NCBI GenBank assembly: GCA_963734495.1 | Contig: CAVTHK010000016.1 | Location: forward strand, 128,001-192,000 | DNA from: an uncultured Spirochaetota bacterium | GTDB taxonomy: Bacteria; Spirochaetota; Spirochaetia; SZUA-6; CAVTHK01 | Reading direction: 5' to 3' | Length of the DNA stretch: 64,000 nt | Part shown: positions 32,765-43,240 of the stretch, piece by piece | How the letters are laid out: every line of letters starts with the position of its first letter | Numbering within the stretch: position 1 is the stretch's first letter | Notes under the pieces: model-generated | Database searches by the model: none | What the model saw: the letters and a program-made list of their open reading frames with translations, nothing else | What the model was told of the DNA's origin: nothing | Program-made: the position numbers and the translations under genes

Positions 32765-33628
32765 ATGCAAACGATGAGAGTTCGCGCTGCGATCCTGGCG
32801 GTCGCCGCCTGGGCGGTGCTCGCGTCCGCGGGCGCAAGCGCACAGCAGCCGGCGCCGCAGCCTGCGCCGCGCGACACGCACGAGCTCCTGAACGCGACGC
32901 TTTGGATTCAGACCTCAGCGGAGCACTGGGCCGCCTGCCGCTCCACATATGGGGCGGCGACCAGGGCGCTCGACGCCGCGCTTGCCGACCCGGGCTGGAC
33001 CGCGGCGCTCGAGCAGACCGGATCGTTCGGGTCCCTGCCGCCGGCCGTGATCGTCGACCTCGACGAAACGATCCTGGACAACTCGCCCTTCGCGGGACGC
33101 CTCGTGTCCGACCGCATCCCGTTCGATCCGAAAGTGTGGGCCCAGTGGGTGGCGCGGGCCGACGCGGCGGCGCTGCCCGGCTCCCTGGACTTCATCCGGC
33201 ACGCCCAGGGCAGGGGAGTCACGGTCTTCTACGTGACGAACCGGTCTGCCGACCAGGAGGAAGCGACTCGTGCCAACCTGTCGCGCCTGGGTATCGCGCT
33301 TCCCGCCGACACAGACACCGTTCTCATGAGCCGGGAACGGCCCGAGTGGAGGTCCGACAAGTCGTCGCGCCGCGCTTTCGTCGCGGCGAGGTACCGGGTC
33401 CTGCTCCTCGTCGGCGACGACCTGGGCGACTTCGTCTCCGGCGCGGCGGGCACACCGGAGAATCGCGTCGCTCTGGCGGAGCGATACGCGGACTACTGGG
33501 GAACGCGATGGTTCGTCATCCCCAACCCGATGAACGGCTCGTGGGAAACTGCCGTGTACGGAAACGAGTTCCCGCCCGACCGTGAAGTGCTCCAGCGCAA
33601 GCTCGCGAAGGTCAAGTCCTTCAGGTAG
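32765..33628 (+). CDS. class C acid phosphatase / 5'-nucleotidase, e(P4) family
   Basis: DLDETILDN, YVTNR, GDDLGDF, PNPMNGSWE; signal peptide. Confidence 0.92.
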   Translation: MQTMRVRAAILAVAAWAVLASAGASAQQPAPQPAPRDTHELLNATLWIQTSAEHWAACRSTYGAATRALDAALADPGWTAALEQTGSFGSLPPAVIVDLDETILDNSPFAGRLVSDRIPFDPKVWAQWVARADAAALPGSLDFIRHAQGRGVTVFYVTNRSADQEEATRANLSRLGIALPADTDTVLMSRERPEWRSDKSSRRAFVAARYRVLLLVGDDLGDFVSGAAGTPENRVALAERYADYWGTRWFVIPNPMNGSWETAVYGNEFPPDREVLQRKLAKVKSFR

Positions 33629-33707
33629 GCGCCGCGCGCCCTTTGCACGCCCCCGCCGGCGCGTGTAGAGTCGAGCCCACCGCAGCGAGGCGGCAGAGGG
33701 AGGAACC

Positions 33708-34355
33708 ATGAAGAAGAAGCACGCGTGCCTCGGGCTGATCATCCTGTCGGCGGCCGTCGCTTTCGCGCAGGACATCCAGCTGCCGGCCCCCAGGGCGAGG
33801 GCCGGCGTGGACCTGTTCGACGCCATCAACGCGCGAAGCGTCACCCGGGCACCGGTCAAGCACGACATCCCGCTCGCGGATCTTTCTGCGATCCTGTGGG
33901 CGGCCAATGGGGCCAAGCCGGTCGACGCGGTGTCGTCGGCGAGCAAGGCGGGCCGAACCATCCCGTATTCCGGCGACACGGCCTACATCAACGTCTACTA
34001 CCTGGACGGGAAAGGCATCTACCTCTACGTGCCCGAGAGCAACCTGCTCAAGCAGGTTGCATCCGGCGACTCCCGGCAAGCGGCGGTGCCGTCGACCTTC
34101 GGGACGTCGCCCGGGATGCTGCTCTTCACCTACGACTATGCAAAGACGCCGCGCTTCCTGCGCACGCCGGCGATCCGCGAATCGACGACGGCGACCGCCG
34201 CCTTCGGCGCGCAGAACGCGGCGCTCGCGGCCGCAACCATGGGCCTCGATTCGATCATCATGTACAACATGAAGGCGGACGTCATGTCAGCCGCGGCGAA
34301 GCTGACAAAGGACGAGCCGCCGCTGTTCATCATGCAGCTCGGCTATCGGAAGTAG
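33708..34355 (+). CDS. secreted nitroreductase-fold (SagB/ThcOx-like) protein
   Basis: AINARS, LSAILWAANG, RTIP, QNAALAA..GL; signal peptide; TTGCAC-N17-TAGAGT upstream. Confidence 0.8.
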   Translation: MKKKHACLGLIILSAAVAFAQDIQLPAPRARAGVDLFDAINARSVTRAPVKHDIPLADLSAILWAANGAKPVDAVSSASKAGRTIPYSGDTAYINVYYLDGKGIYLYVPESNLLKQVASGDSRQAAVPSTFGTSPGMLLFTYDYAKTPRFLRTPAIRESTTATAAFGAQNAALAAATMGLDSIIMYNMKADVMSAAAKLTKDEPPLFIMQLGYRK

Positions 34356-34444
34356 GGGCGCCTCCCGCCATGACCGCGCCATCGCCGCGCCTCTTGCCGC
34401 CTCGGCCCCGCTTCGATAATGTGCAGGCCCTTGGAAGGGGGACC

Positions 34445-35086
34445 ATGGTGCCGGGCACAAGGGGCCGCTGCGCTTGCGTGATCTTCGACTTCGGGGGCGT
34501 GATCAGCCATCCGCAGCGCCCGCAGTTCATGGACGAGGCCGCAGCCATCGTTGGCGTCGATGTTCCTTCGCTGCGCGAGGCATATCGGCGCTATCGAGGC
34601 GACTATGACCGCGGCGCTTTCGACGGCCCCGAATACTGGCGGAGGGTTCTGAGCGACGCCGGCTCCCGCGACCAGAGGGCCCGCATCGGCGAGTTGATCG
34701 CCCTCGACACGGTCAGCTGGACGACGATCAACGATCGCGTCCTCGACGCCATCCGCGGCGTCGGCGGCCGCGGGTACCGCCTGGCCGTCCTCTCGAACAT
34801 GCCCTGGGAGATCGACCGCTACATCAAGGGTGGGTTCGCCTGGCTGGAGATGTTCGAAACGCTGACTTTCTCCTGCGAGGTCGGTGCCATCAAGCCCGAG
34901 CCGGCGATCTACGCTCACGCGCTCGAGCGCCTGGGCCTCGCGGCGAGCGAATGCCTGTTCGTTGACGACACCGAGGCCAACGTGGCCGGGGCGCTCGCTG
35001 TTGGCCTGCCTTCGATCTGCTTTCGCAGCCTCGCGGGCCTGGAGGCGGCGCTGGATGGGGGCGCGGCCTCGAGGCCGCGAACGTAG
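34445..35086 (+). CDS. HAD family phosphatase
   Basis: IFDFGGV, LSN, KPEPAIY, FVDD..NV. Confidence 0.9.
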   Translation: MVPGTRGRCACVIFDFGGVISHPQRPQFMDEAAAIVGVDVPSLREAYRRYRGDYDRGAFDGPEYWRRVLSDAGSRDQRARIGELIALDTVSWTTINDRVLDAIRGVGGRGYRLAVLSNMPWEIDRYIKGGFAWLEMFETLTFSCEVGAIKPEPAIYAHALERLGLAASECLFVDDTEANVAGALAVGLPSICFRSLAGLEAALDGGAASRPRT

Positions 35087-35101
35087 CCTGCCGCGGCCGC
35101 C

Positions 35102-36319
35102 CTACAGGGGGCCGCGAGCGCCCGCGTGCAGGCGCACCTGTCGCGTCGCGCTCATGACGAGCCACGTGCCCGCCGCCAGTATGACGGCGACGGTGACGAA
35201 AACGGGCGTGAAGCCCGAGAACGCGCAGATGGCGGCGCCGAGGGCCGGTCCGACCGCGTTGGCGATCGCGCTCAAGCTGGTGGACAGGCCGTAGATGGTG
35301 CCGAGCTGGCTGCGGTCCGCCCGTGTCGCCAGCATCGCGTTCACGGTGGGGACTGCGCCGCCCAGAACCGCGCCGGAAAGGAGCCGCAGCACAGCGAGCT
35401 GTCCCGGAGTCCGTACCGCGATGAGGAGAAGGTGCGTCACGACGCCTCCGGCCAGGCAGTAGACCAGCACCCTTCCATAGCCGAGCCGGTCGCTCACATG
35501 GCCGGCGGCGACCGCGGCGAAGGCGCTGGCAAAGGCCCCCCCGCCGATGATCAGGCCGGACAGCGTGCCCAGCATCGTCGACTTCGGCGCGATCGACTGT
35601 ATGAACAGCGGCAGGATCGGCGAGACGGCTCCCCCGGCCAGGTTCAACGTGATCACCACCACGAGAAAGAGGACCAGCTCGCGGGATTTCGCGAGGATCG
35701 AGAAGTCGGGAAGGATTCGCCGCCAGATCGGCTCGTCCATGGGTTTGGGAGTGAAGTCCTCTTTGACGAAGAACAGCACCACGAGCGCGCCGGTGCCGAG
35801 CAGCGCCGACGTGATGAGGAACGAGGCCCTGTAGCCGAGGATGTCGGCGATGCCGCCCCCGAGCATAGGGCCGACGGCCGACCCGACCATGATGGCCATC
35901 TGCAACATGCCCAGGGTGTAGCCCGCCTTGCTCGGGGGGGCCGAGCCCGCGACCAGGACGGTGGCCGCCGCAACGGTCCCGGTAAAGATGCCGCCGCCGG
36001 CCCTGAAGACGATGAGCTGCCAGGGGTGCGTGGCGAGGCCCATGCAGAACATCATGATCGTGCCGCCGACCAGCGCCCGCAGGAACATGATCCTCCTGCC
36101 GTAGGAGTCCGCGAGGCGGCCCCAGATCGGAGCAAAGATGAACAGCGTGACCGCTCCCGAGCTCTGCACCAGGCCGACCCACATCTTGACCTGGGCATCG
36201 TCTTTGATGCCGAGCTCCTGGATGTAAAAGGGAAGGGTGGGGCCGAGCGCTCCGAACCCGGCGAGGGCAAGCATCTCCGCCACCCAGATCGCGTAGAAGT
36301 TGCGTTTCCAATCGATCAT
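35102..36319 (-). CDS. MFS transporter (MdtG-like)
   Basis: WKRNFY, WGRLADSYGRR motif A, about 12 TM segments. Confidence 0.92.
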   Translation of the reverse strand: MIDWKRNFYAIWVAEMLALAGFGALGPTLPFYIQELGIKDDAQVKMWVGLVQSSGAVTLFIFAPIWGRLADSYGRRIMFLRALVGGTIMMFCMGLATHPWQLIVFRAGGGIFTGTVAAATVLVAGSAPPSKAGYTLGMLQMAIMVGSAVGPMLGGGIADILGYRASFLITSALLGTGALVVLFFVKEDFTPKPMDEPIWRRILPDFSILAKSRELVLFLVVVITLNLAGGAVSPILPLFIQSIAPKSTMLGTLSGLIIGGGAFASAFAAVAAGHVSDRLGYGRVLVYCLAGGVVTHLLLIAVRTPGQLAVLRLLSGAVLGGAVPTVNAMLATRADRSQLGTIYGLSTSLSAIANAVGPALGAAICAFSGFTPVFVTVAVILAAGTWLVMSATRQVRLHAGARGPL

Positions 36320-36656
36320 CCGGAACACCCTCTGCTCGCACGCCGTTGGGTCTCGCCCGCGCCTTGGAGCATCGGGGGGAGGACCGCACGCGTCCCTCCC
36401 CGGGCAAACGGGCGGGCCACGCGCGGCGGAAGCGGCAAAGTCTCGAGCGGACCTGACAAACGGCGCGCGCACCCGCGCGAGCTCATGGCGGCAGCCGTGA
36501 GCGGGCGACGCTGCGCCGCTCCATCGTTGGCAAGGGTGCGCATCTGGCGCGGTCGTGTCAACAGAAGTGCTTGACCCCGCCAGGGGATTGCCGCACAGTC
36601 GCTCGCGAGAGCCCGGCAAGGACTGCGCAGGCCCGGCAAACACCGGGCGGGGAGGC

Positions 36657-37562
36657 ATGTTTCTGCACGCGCCCGTCGTGGACGCTCACCAGCACTTCTG
36701 GGACCTATCGCTCGGGAAACACCCCTGGCTCGCCCCCGAGGCCAGGCATCCCTTCCGCTACGGCGACACCTCCGCGCTCAAGAGAAACTACCTCCCGCCC
36801 GACTACCGTCGCGACGCCGCGCGGCAGAACGTGGTCCGGACCGTCTACGTGGAGACCGAATGGGACCCTGCGGACCCTTCGGGCGAAGTCCGCTGGGTCG
36901 AAGGGATCGCCGAGCGCTACGGCGTGCCGAATGCCGTAGTGGCGCAGGCGTGGCTCGACCGGGAGGACGCCGCGGCGGTGCTCGCGACTCACGCCCGTTC
37001 CCCGCTCGTGCGCGGCGTGCGCCACAAGCCGCGCGCGGCGTCGTCGCCTCGCGAAGTTGTGCCGGGCGCGCCGGGCTCGATGGGCGACCCGGCGTGGCGG
37101 GCCGGCTTCGCCCTGCTCGCGCGCCACGGGTTCTCCTTCGACCTTCAGACCCCTTACTGGCACCTGGGCGAGGCGGCGGCGCTCGCGCGGGACTTCCCTT
37201 CGACCGTCATCATCCTCAATCACACGGGCCTGCCCGCGGATCGCTCCCCGGAGGGGCTCGCGGCGTGGCGGGCCGGGATGTCCCAGCTCGCGCAGCAGGC
37301 CAACGCGTTCGTCAAGATCTCCGGCCTCGGCCTGCAAGGGAGACCGTGGAGCGCCGACGACAACGAGCGGCCCGTGCTCGACGCGATCGAGATCTTCGGG
37401 GTCGAGCGCTGCCTCTTCGGGAGCAACTTCCCCGTCGACAGCCTGGTCGGCGGATTCGACAACATCTTCGACGGTTTCCGCCGGATCGTCCGGCGGTTCT
37501 CGCGGCCGGACCGGGGCGCTCTTTTCCACGACAACGCCATCCGCGTCTACCGCCTCGAGTAG
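36657..37562 (+). CDS. amidohydrolase_2 family protein (sugar lactonase-like)
   Basis: DAHQHFWD, LNHTG, VKISG, FGSNFPVD. Confidence 0.9.
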   Translation: MFLHAPVVDAHQHFWDLSLGKHPWLAPEARHPFRYGDTSALKRNYLPPDYRRDAARQNVVRTVYVETEWDPADPSGEVRWVEGIAERYGVPNAVVAQAWLDREDAAAVLATHARSPLVRGVRHKPRAASSPREVVPGAPGSMGDPAWRAGFALLARHGFSFDLQTPYWHLGEAAALARDFPSTVIILNHTGLPADRSPEGLAAWRAGMSQLAQQANAFVKISGLGLQGRPWSADDNERPVLDAIEIFGVERCLFGSNFPVDSLVGGFDNIFDGFRRIVRRFSRPDRGALFHDNAIRVYRLE

Positions 37563-37620
37563 CCGCGGGGCGCGCACCGCATGTCGGGTGAGGAAGTCGC
37601 TGCCGTTTTCCATTTCCCGC

Positions 37621-37649
37621 TTTACACTTCCGGCCCGCACGGGTAGAGT
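37621..37649 (+). promoter_or_regulatory. sigma70 promoter of the transketolase gene
   Basis: TTTACA-N17-TAGAGT. Confidence 0.55.
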
Positions 37650-37731
37650 GAGTCTGCGGCGTCCCTGCCTGCGGCGGGGCTGCGGCGTGGACGGCGCCCG
37701 CTGAACAACGATCGCAAGGAGAATAGGACGC

Positions 37732-40253
37732 ATGAGCCGAGTGGATGAGAGGTATGACGCGCTGGTCTCCGAGTTCCCGCGATGGGAAAAGACGAAGGAC
37801 CTGATCGAGCAGCTGCTCGACATCATGCTGAACTACCGGCAGAGCGGGCATCCCGGCGGGTCCCGCTCAAAGCTGCATGCCTTCCTCGTCACGCTGCTGA
37901 GCGGCGTGATGCGCTGGGACATCCGCCACCCGGAAAAACGGTTCGGCGACCGGTTCGTGCTCGGAGCCGGGCACACGGTGCCCATGGTCTACTCGACCCT
38001 GGCCCTGTTCAACGAGGCGATGCGGGTCAAGTACCAGCAGACCGGCGACGCGAAGTACGCGATTCCCAAGGCCAAGGAGCGGATGCTGACCTGGGAAGAC
38101 CTCGCGATGCTGCGCCGCAACAAGGGGCTTTCGGGCCACGCGGAGATGGAAGGCAAGAGCCTGTTCCTCAAGTTCAACACCGGCCCCTCGGGCCACGGCA
38201 GCCCGGCCGCCGCCGGCGAGGCCGTGGCCCTCAAGCGGGCGGGCGCCGAAGGCGTCAAGGTCTTCATCTTCGAGGGTGAAGGCGGGCTCACCCCCGGCGT
38301 CACGCACGAGACGATGAACTCGGCCTGGGGCCTGGCGCTGGACAACCTCTACTACGTCGTGGACTGGAACGACTTCGGCATCGACGCGCACACCGTGAGC
38401 TCCTGCGTGTACGGGTCGCCGCGCGACTGGTACGGCGGGCACGGGTGGCGCGTGTTCGGCACGGAGCAGGGCAGCGAGTGGGGGCCGGTGACGCGGACGA
38501 TGCTCGCGATGACGCTCGAGGAGAATCCGCAGGCCCTGCCCAGCATGGCCTGGGTCAAGACGCGCAAGGGCCGGGGCTACCTCACCTACGACTACGCGTC
38601 GCACGGCGTCCCGCACAAGCTCAACGACGAGAAGTACTGGCAGCTCCGCAAGGAGTTCGCGGCCGAGTACGGCGCCCAGTTCGTGAACGTCGGCGGCGCC
38701 GCGCCCAAGGAGGCGACGGCGCTCCGGGAGGAGTGCCTCGCGAACCTCAAGGCCGTCATCGACGTGCTGCACAAGGACCAGGCCTGGTCGACTACCTGGC
38801 CGACCGCCTGGTGCGACCTCGGCGACAGCGTGCCGAGCGAGATCGCCGACGTTCCGGCTGGGCCGCAAGGGCAGCCCCTTCAAGGACAAGCGGCTCTTCG
38901 ACTACCGCAATTACCCGAAGGACCTCTACCTGCGCGCCCGGGATCTTCAGCCGCGAACCGCAACGCGCTGGCCAAGTGGGGCGCCTGGGTCAACTCCTTC
39001 GGCGCCAAGGAGTACGGCCGGCCGATCTTCCTCGCGTCATCCGCGGACCTCGCCGAGTCGACGAACATCGCCGGCTTCGCCCGCGGCCACGACGACTTCA
39101 AGGGGTGGGACTGGTTCGGCCGCAACGGCTCGCCCGAAGGCGCGCTGCTGACGCAGCAGATCACCGAGTTCGCCAACTCGGGCATCATGGTCGGGATGGC
39201 GAGCGTCAACCTCTCGACAGGACCCGGAAAAGGAGTTCGACGGCTTCTGGGGAGCCACCTCGACCTACGGCTCCTTCTCCTACCTCCTGTACGGACCGCT
39301 GCGCCTCTTCAGCCAGCTCGCGCAGGACTGCCAGCTCAAGGTGGGCAAGGCGATCTTCGTGGCCGGCCACTCGGGCCCGGAGACGGCCGAGGACAGCCGC
39401 ACGCACTTCGGCATCTTCTCGCCGGGCGTTACGCAGCTCTTCCCCGCCGGCCGCATGATCAACCTCTACCCGTGGGAGCACAACGAGGTGCCGGTCCTGC
39501 TCGGCGCGGCCCTCGCGACCGACGTCCCGCTGATCACGCTGCACCTTACCCGGCCGCCGATCGCGATCCCCGACCGCGCCGCGCTCGGCATCCCGTCGCA
39601 CTTCGAGGCGGCGCGGGGCGCCTACGTGGTGCGCGACTTCGCGGCCGGCAGGCCGCGCGGCGGCGTCGTGATCGCGCAGGGGACGAGCGCGGTGGCGAAC
39701 ATCGTCAAGATCCTCCCGGACCTGGAGAAGTCTGAACGTGAAGGTCGTCTGCGCCACCAGCCCGCAGCTGTTCGCCATGCAGGGCGAGAGCTACCGGAAG
39801 CAGGTGCTCTCGGACGCCGACAAGATGGACTCGACCGTGGTCACGACCCAGGCGCGCTGGCTGATGCACGACTGGCTCTTCAACAAAGTGGGCGAGGAGT
39901 ACGCTCTCTCGAGCGACTGGGACGACCGGTGGCGGACCGGCGGCAGCGTCGACGAGGTCCTCGAGGAGGCGCACCTCTCGCCGAAGTGGCTGGTCGAAGG
40001 AATCACTCGGTTCGTCCGGGACCGCGGCAAGCGGCTCGCGCGCCTTTCTGGCGGCGTAGCGGCGGCCGTGGGCGCGGCGGGCAGGGCGGCCAAGGCGCCT
40101 GCGCCGCGGAAGGCGGCCACGAGAGCGGCCGGGCCGCGCAAGGCCGCGGCAAAAAAGGCGCCCAAGAGGGCGGCGGCCGCCAGGGCCGCGACGAAAAAAA
40201 CGCCCGCGAGAAAAGCAGGGGCCGCGAAAAAGCCCGCCCGCAAGCGTCGCTGA
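37732..40253 (+). CDS. divergent transketolase with a Lys/Ala-rich C-terminal tail (several frameshifts at 38780-39735)
   Basis: SGHPGG, DRFVLGAGH, NTGPSGHG, GEG..DWN ThDP motif, SADLAES, HSGPETAEDSRTH. Confidence 0.82.
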
Positions 40254-40311
40254 TCGGGCCGGGCGCTTCGAGACGGGCGCGGCGGGACGCCATAGTGTAT
40301 ATACTATTGGC

Positions 40312-41085
40312 GTGGACTGGTTCCGCTTGAGGCCGTGCCGCCGGGGCCTCGCCCTGGCACTCGGCGTCTGGGCGCTGGCGCTCGTGTTCGCCGGCTGCCG
40401 CCGGCAGACGCAGCCCCCGGCGCCGCAGCCGTCGCAGGAGCAGGCGGAGGCCGACGCGCGCGCGGCGAGCCGCTTTCGCCTGCTGATGGCCGCGGTCGCG
40501 GCCGGCGAAAGCGACCAGGTCAAGAAGCTGCTCGACGAGGGGGTGAGCCCCAACCAGAAAGCCGAGAATGGCGACACCCCGCTGGGTCTGGCCGCGTCGC
40601 GGGGTGACGTCGCGCTCATGCGGCTTCTGATCGAAAAGGGCGCCGAGGTGGCCGCTTCGGGCCCGCTCTCGGGCACACCGCTCGAGCTCGCGACCTGGTA
40701 CGGGCACGCCGAAGCGGCCCAGCTTCTGCTCGACAAGGGCGCGGATCCGAACTCGCGCGGCTTCGAATCCTGGACGCCCCTGATGATCGCGGCTAAGCAG
40801 GGCCAGGCCGCCATCGCCCGCCTGCTGATCGCGCGCGGCGCCAGCGTCAACGAAGGCAACTTCCAGAGCGCCACCGCGCTCATGATCGCCGCGTCCGAGG
40901 GGCATGCGGACGTCGTCAAGGTGCTGCTCGCCGGCGGCGCCGACGCCGGCCGGACCGACGGCCGCGGGAGGCGCGCCGCGGACTATGCCGCCGAGGCCGG
41001 GCACTCGGACCTGCTGCCTCTGCTCGGTCCGCCGTCGGCGCCTGCAAAACCGCCTGCTGCGGGCGAAACGCCCGCCAAGGAATAG
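40312..41085 (+). CDS. ankyrin repeat lipoprotein
   Basis: Lipobox FAGC; repeated TPL..AA..G...LL..GA units. Confidence 0.9.
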   Translation: MDWFRLRPCRRGLALALGVWALALVFAGCRRQTQPPAPQPSQEQAEADARAASRFRLLMAAVAAGESDQVKKLLDEGVSPNQKAENGDTPLGLAASRGDVALMRLLIEKGAEVAASGPLSGTPLELATWYGHAEAAQLLLDKGADPNSRGFESWTPLMIAAKQGQAAIARLLIARGASVNEGNFQSATALMIAASEGHADVVKVLLAGGADAGRTDGRGRRAADYAAEAGHSDLLPLLGPPSAPAKPPAAGETPAKE

Positions 41086-41089
41086 GATT

Positions 41090-41938
41090 ATGGGGCGCCT
41101 CTTCGACTACCACACCCATTCGCGCTTCTGCGACGGCAAGGGAGAGCTCTCCGAGTACGTCGAGGCCGCGGTCGCCTCCGGCCTCGTGTCGATCGGCCTT
41201 TCCGGCCACGCCCCGTGCCCCGTCGAGAGCGACTGGCACATGAAGGAGCCAGACCTCCCGCGCTACCTCGAGAGCGCGCGGGCACTCGCCCGCGCGCAGG
41301 AGGGGCGCGTCAGCGTGCTGGTCGGTCTCGAGGCCGACTACATTCCCGGCGTGATCTCGCCCCGCGCGGTGCGCCAGGCGCACCGGCTGGACTACGTGAT
41401 CGGCGGCGTGCACTACCTGGGCCGTCTCTCCGACGGCACGCCGTTTACGATCGACGGAACGGTCGAGGAGCTGCAGAGAGGGATCCGCGAGGGTTTCGGA
41501 GGCGACGCCCGGCGGGCCGTCGCGCGCTACTTCGAGCTCGTCGGAGAGATGGCCGCCACGGAAGCCCCCGACGTGATCGCGCACTTCGACCTCATCAAGA
41601 AGAACAACAAGGGTCTCTTCGACGAAGGCTCTCTCTGGTACCGGGCGGTGGCCACTGAGGCGCTGCGCGCCCTGGCCGCCTCGGGCTGCGTCGCGGAGAT
41701 CAACACGGGCCCCGTGTCGCGCAATTACGGGACCCACTTCTACCCGGGCGACGGTATCCTCGCCCCGATGGCCGAGCTGCGCATCCCGGTCACGCTTGGC
41801 TCCGACGCCCACAGGCCGGGCCACGTGGCGGCGCACTTCGGCGCCGCCCTGGACGCGCTGCGGCGCGCGGGCTATCGTGAGTGCTGGCGGCGCGACGGCA
41901 GCTCGTGGTCGGCCGTGCCGCTCGATACCCTCGGCTGA
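41090..41938 (+). CDS. hisJ: PHP-family histidinol-phosphatase
   Basis: DYHTHSRFCDG, GLEADY, AHFDL, EINT, GSDAH. Confidence 0.85.
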   Translation: MGRLFDYHTHSRFCDGKGELSEYVEAAVASGLVSIGLSGHAPCPVESDWHMKEPDLPRYLESARALARAQEGRVSVLVGLEADYIPGVISPRAVRQAHRLDYVIGGVHYLGRLSDGTPFTIDGTVEELQRGIREGFGGDARRAVARYFELVGEMAATEAPDVIAHFDLIKKNNKGLFDEGSLWYRAVATEALRALAASGCVAEINTGPVSRNYGTHFYPGDGILAPMAELRIPVTLGSDAHRPGHVAAHFGAALDALRRAGYRECWRRDGSSWSAVPLDTLG

Positions 41939-41952
41939 GGAGAACGGAAGAC

Positions 41953-43236
41953 GTGAGGGACGCGCGAGAGGCCGCTGCGCTGCGGCCCCTGCTCTACGAC
42001 GGCTCCAAGGGTGTCATGCTGCAGAGCCTCGGGCTGCCGAGCGGCGAGGCGTCGGAGCTGTGGAACGTGACCCACGCGCGCGTGGTGCAGGACGTGCACG
42101 CCGCGTACGCGGCCGCGGGCGCCGACGTGATCCAGACCAACACGTTTCCCGGAAACAGGGTCACCCTCGGCAGGCACGGGCTGGCGGAGCGCTTCGAGGA
42201 GCTGAACGCGAGCGGGGTGAGGCTCGCGCGCGCGGCCGCGGGTCCCGGGCTCTGGGTAGCGGCCTCGGTGGGGCCCACCGGCGAGATGCTCGAGCCGGCG
42301 GGCGAGCTTTCCTTCGACAAGGCTTACTCGCTGTACGCGGAGCAGGCCGCGGTGCTCGAGGCCGCGGGCGCGGACCTCGTCCACTTCGAGACGTTCGGCG
42401 ACCTGGGAGAGCTCAGGGCCGCCATCCTCGCGGCCCGCGAGCGCACCGCTCTCCCCGTGATCGCAACGGCTACGTTCGAAGGGGGCGGCAGGACACTCTC
42501 GGGCAACCTGCCCGAGGTGTGCGCACTCGCCTGTGAGGCGCTGGGCGCCGCGTTTGTCGGCGCCAATTGCTCGACGGGCGCCGAAGGGATGGTCCCCGTC
42601 CTGACCGCGATGGGCCGGGTCGCGTCGGGCCCGCTGGCGGCCAAACCCAACGCGGGCCTCCCGGAGGTCGTGGGGGGCCGCGTGGTCTACCGCGAGACAC
42701 CGGAGCATTTCGCGGGGTTCACGGGGGAGTTCCTGGACGCGGGCGTCCGGCTGATCGGGGGCTGCTGCGGCACCACTCCCGAGTTCGTGCGCGAGATCAA
42801 GAGGCGGCTCACGGGGCCGCCCGCCCCGCCTGCAAGGGCTGACGGCGGTGCGACGCGCAGGGCGCTGGTGGCTTCAGCCTTTCAGGTCGAAGAAATTGCG
42901 CCGGGCCTGCCCATCGGCGAGATCGGGCCCGAGGAAACGGGGCGGGGCGACGGCGCGGCCCTCGCCGACATCGCGGGCGAGCTCGCCGGCGCCGGGGCGC
43001 GCTGCCTTCACATCGACTTCGGCGCGCACGCCGACCGGTGGGATGCCCGGGCGCTCGCGGGCGATCTCGCGCTCTTCGTGCGGACGCCCCTGCTCCTGAG
43101 CGCCTCGAGCCGGGCGTTCCTCGAGCAGCTGGTCCGCCGATACCCCGGCCGCCCGGGCATGGTGGGGCAGCCGGCGTACGGGGCCCTCGAAGTCACGCCG
43201 GCGATGCTGGCCGCGTGCCGCCGTGTCGGGAGGTGA
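41953..43236 (+). CDS. homocysteine S-methyltransferase family protein with a degenerate C-terminal extension
   Basis: AGADVIQTNTF, GANCS, KPNAGLP, IGGCCGTTP. Confidence 0.9.
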   Translation: MRDAREAAALRPLLYDGSKGVMLQSLGLPSGEASELWNVTHARVVQDVHAAYAAAGADVIQTNTFPGNRVTLGRHGLAERFEELNASGVRLARAAAGPGLWVAASVGPTGEMLEPAGELSFDKAYSLYAEQAAVLEAAGADLVHFETFGDLGELRAAILAARERTALPVIATATFEGGGRTLSGNLPEVCALACEALGAAFVGANCSTGAEGMVPVLTAMGRVASGPLAAKPNAGLPEVVGGRVVYRETPEHFAGFTGEFLDAGVRLIGGCCGTTPEFVREIKRRLTGPPAPPARADGGATRRALVASAFQVEEIAPGLPIGEIGPEETGRGDGAALADIAGELAGAGARCLHIDFGAHADRWDARALAGDLALFVRTPLLLSASSRAFLEQLVRRYPGRPGMVGQPAYGALEVTPAMLAACRRVGR

Positions 43237-43240
43237 TCTC

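Noticed and set aside
32450..34355. RiPP cluster (small peptide plus SagB-like oxidase)
   Set aside because: No YcaO or other maturase, the peptide lacks a Cys/Ser/Thr-rich core, and the oxidase has a signal peptide.
36320..36560. c-di-GMP-I riboswitch or SRP RNA (GGCAAAC..GCAAAG; TCAGGTCCG on the minus strand)
   Set aside because: The required GNRA-capped P2 stem and the GGAAGGAAGCAGC motif are missing; only generic GC hairpins are present.
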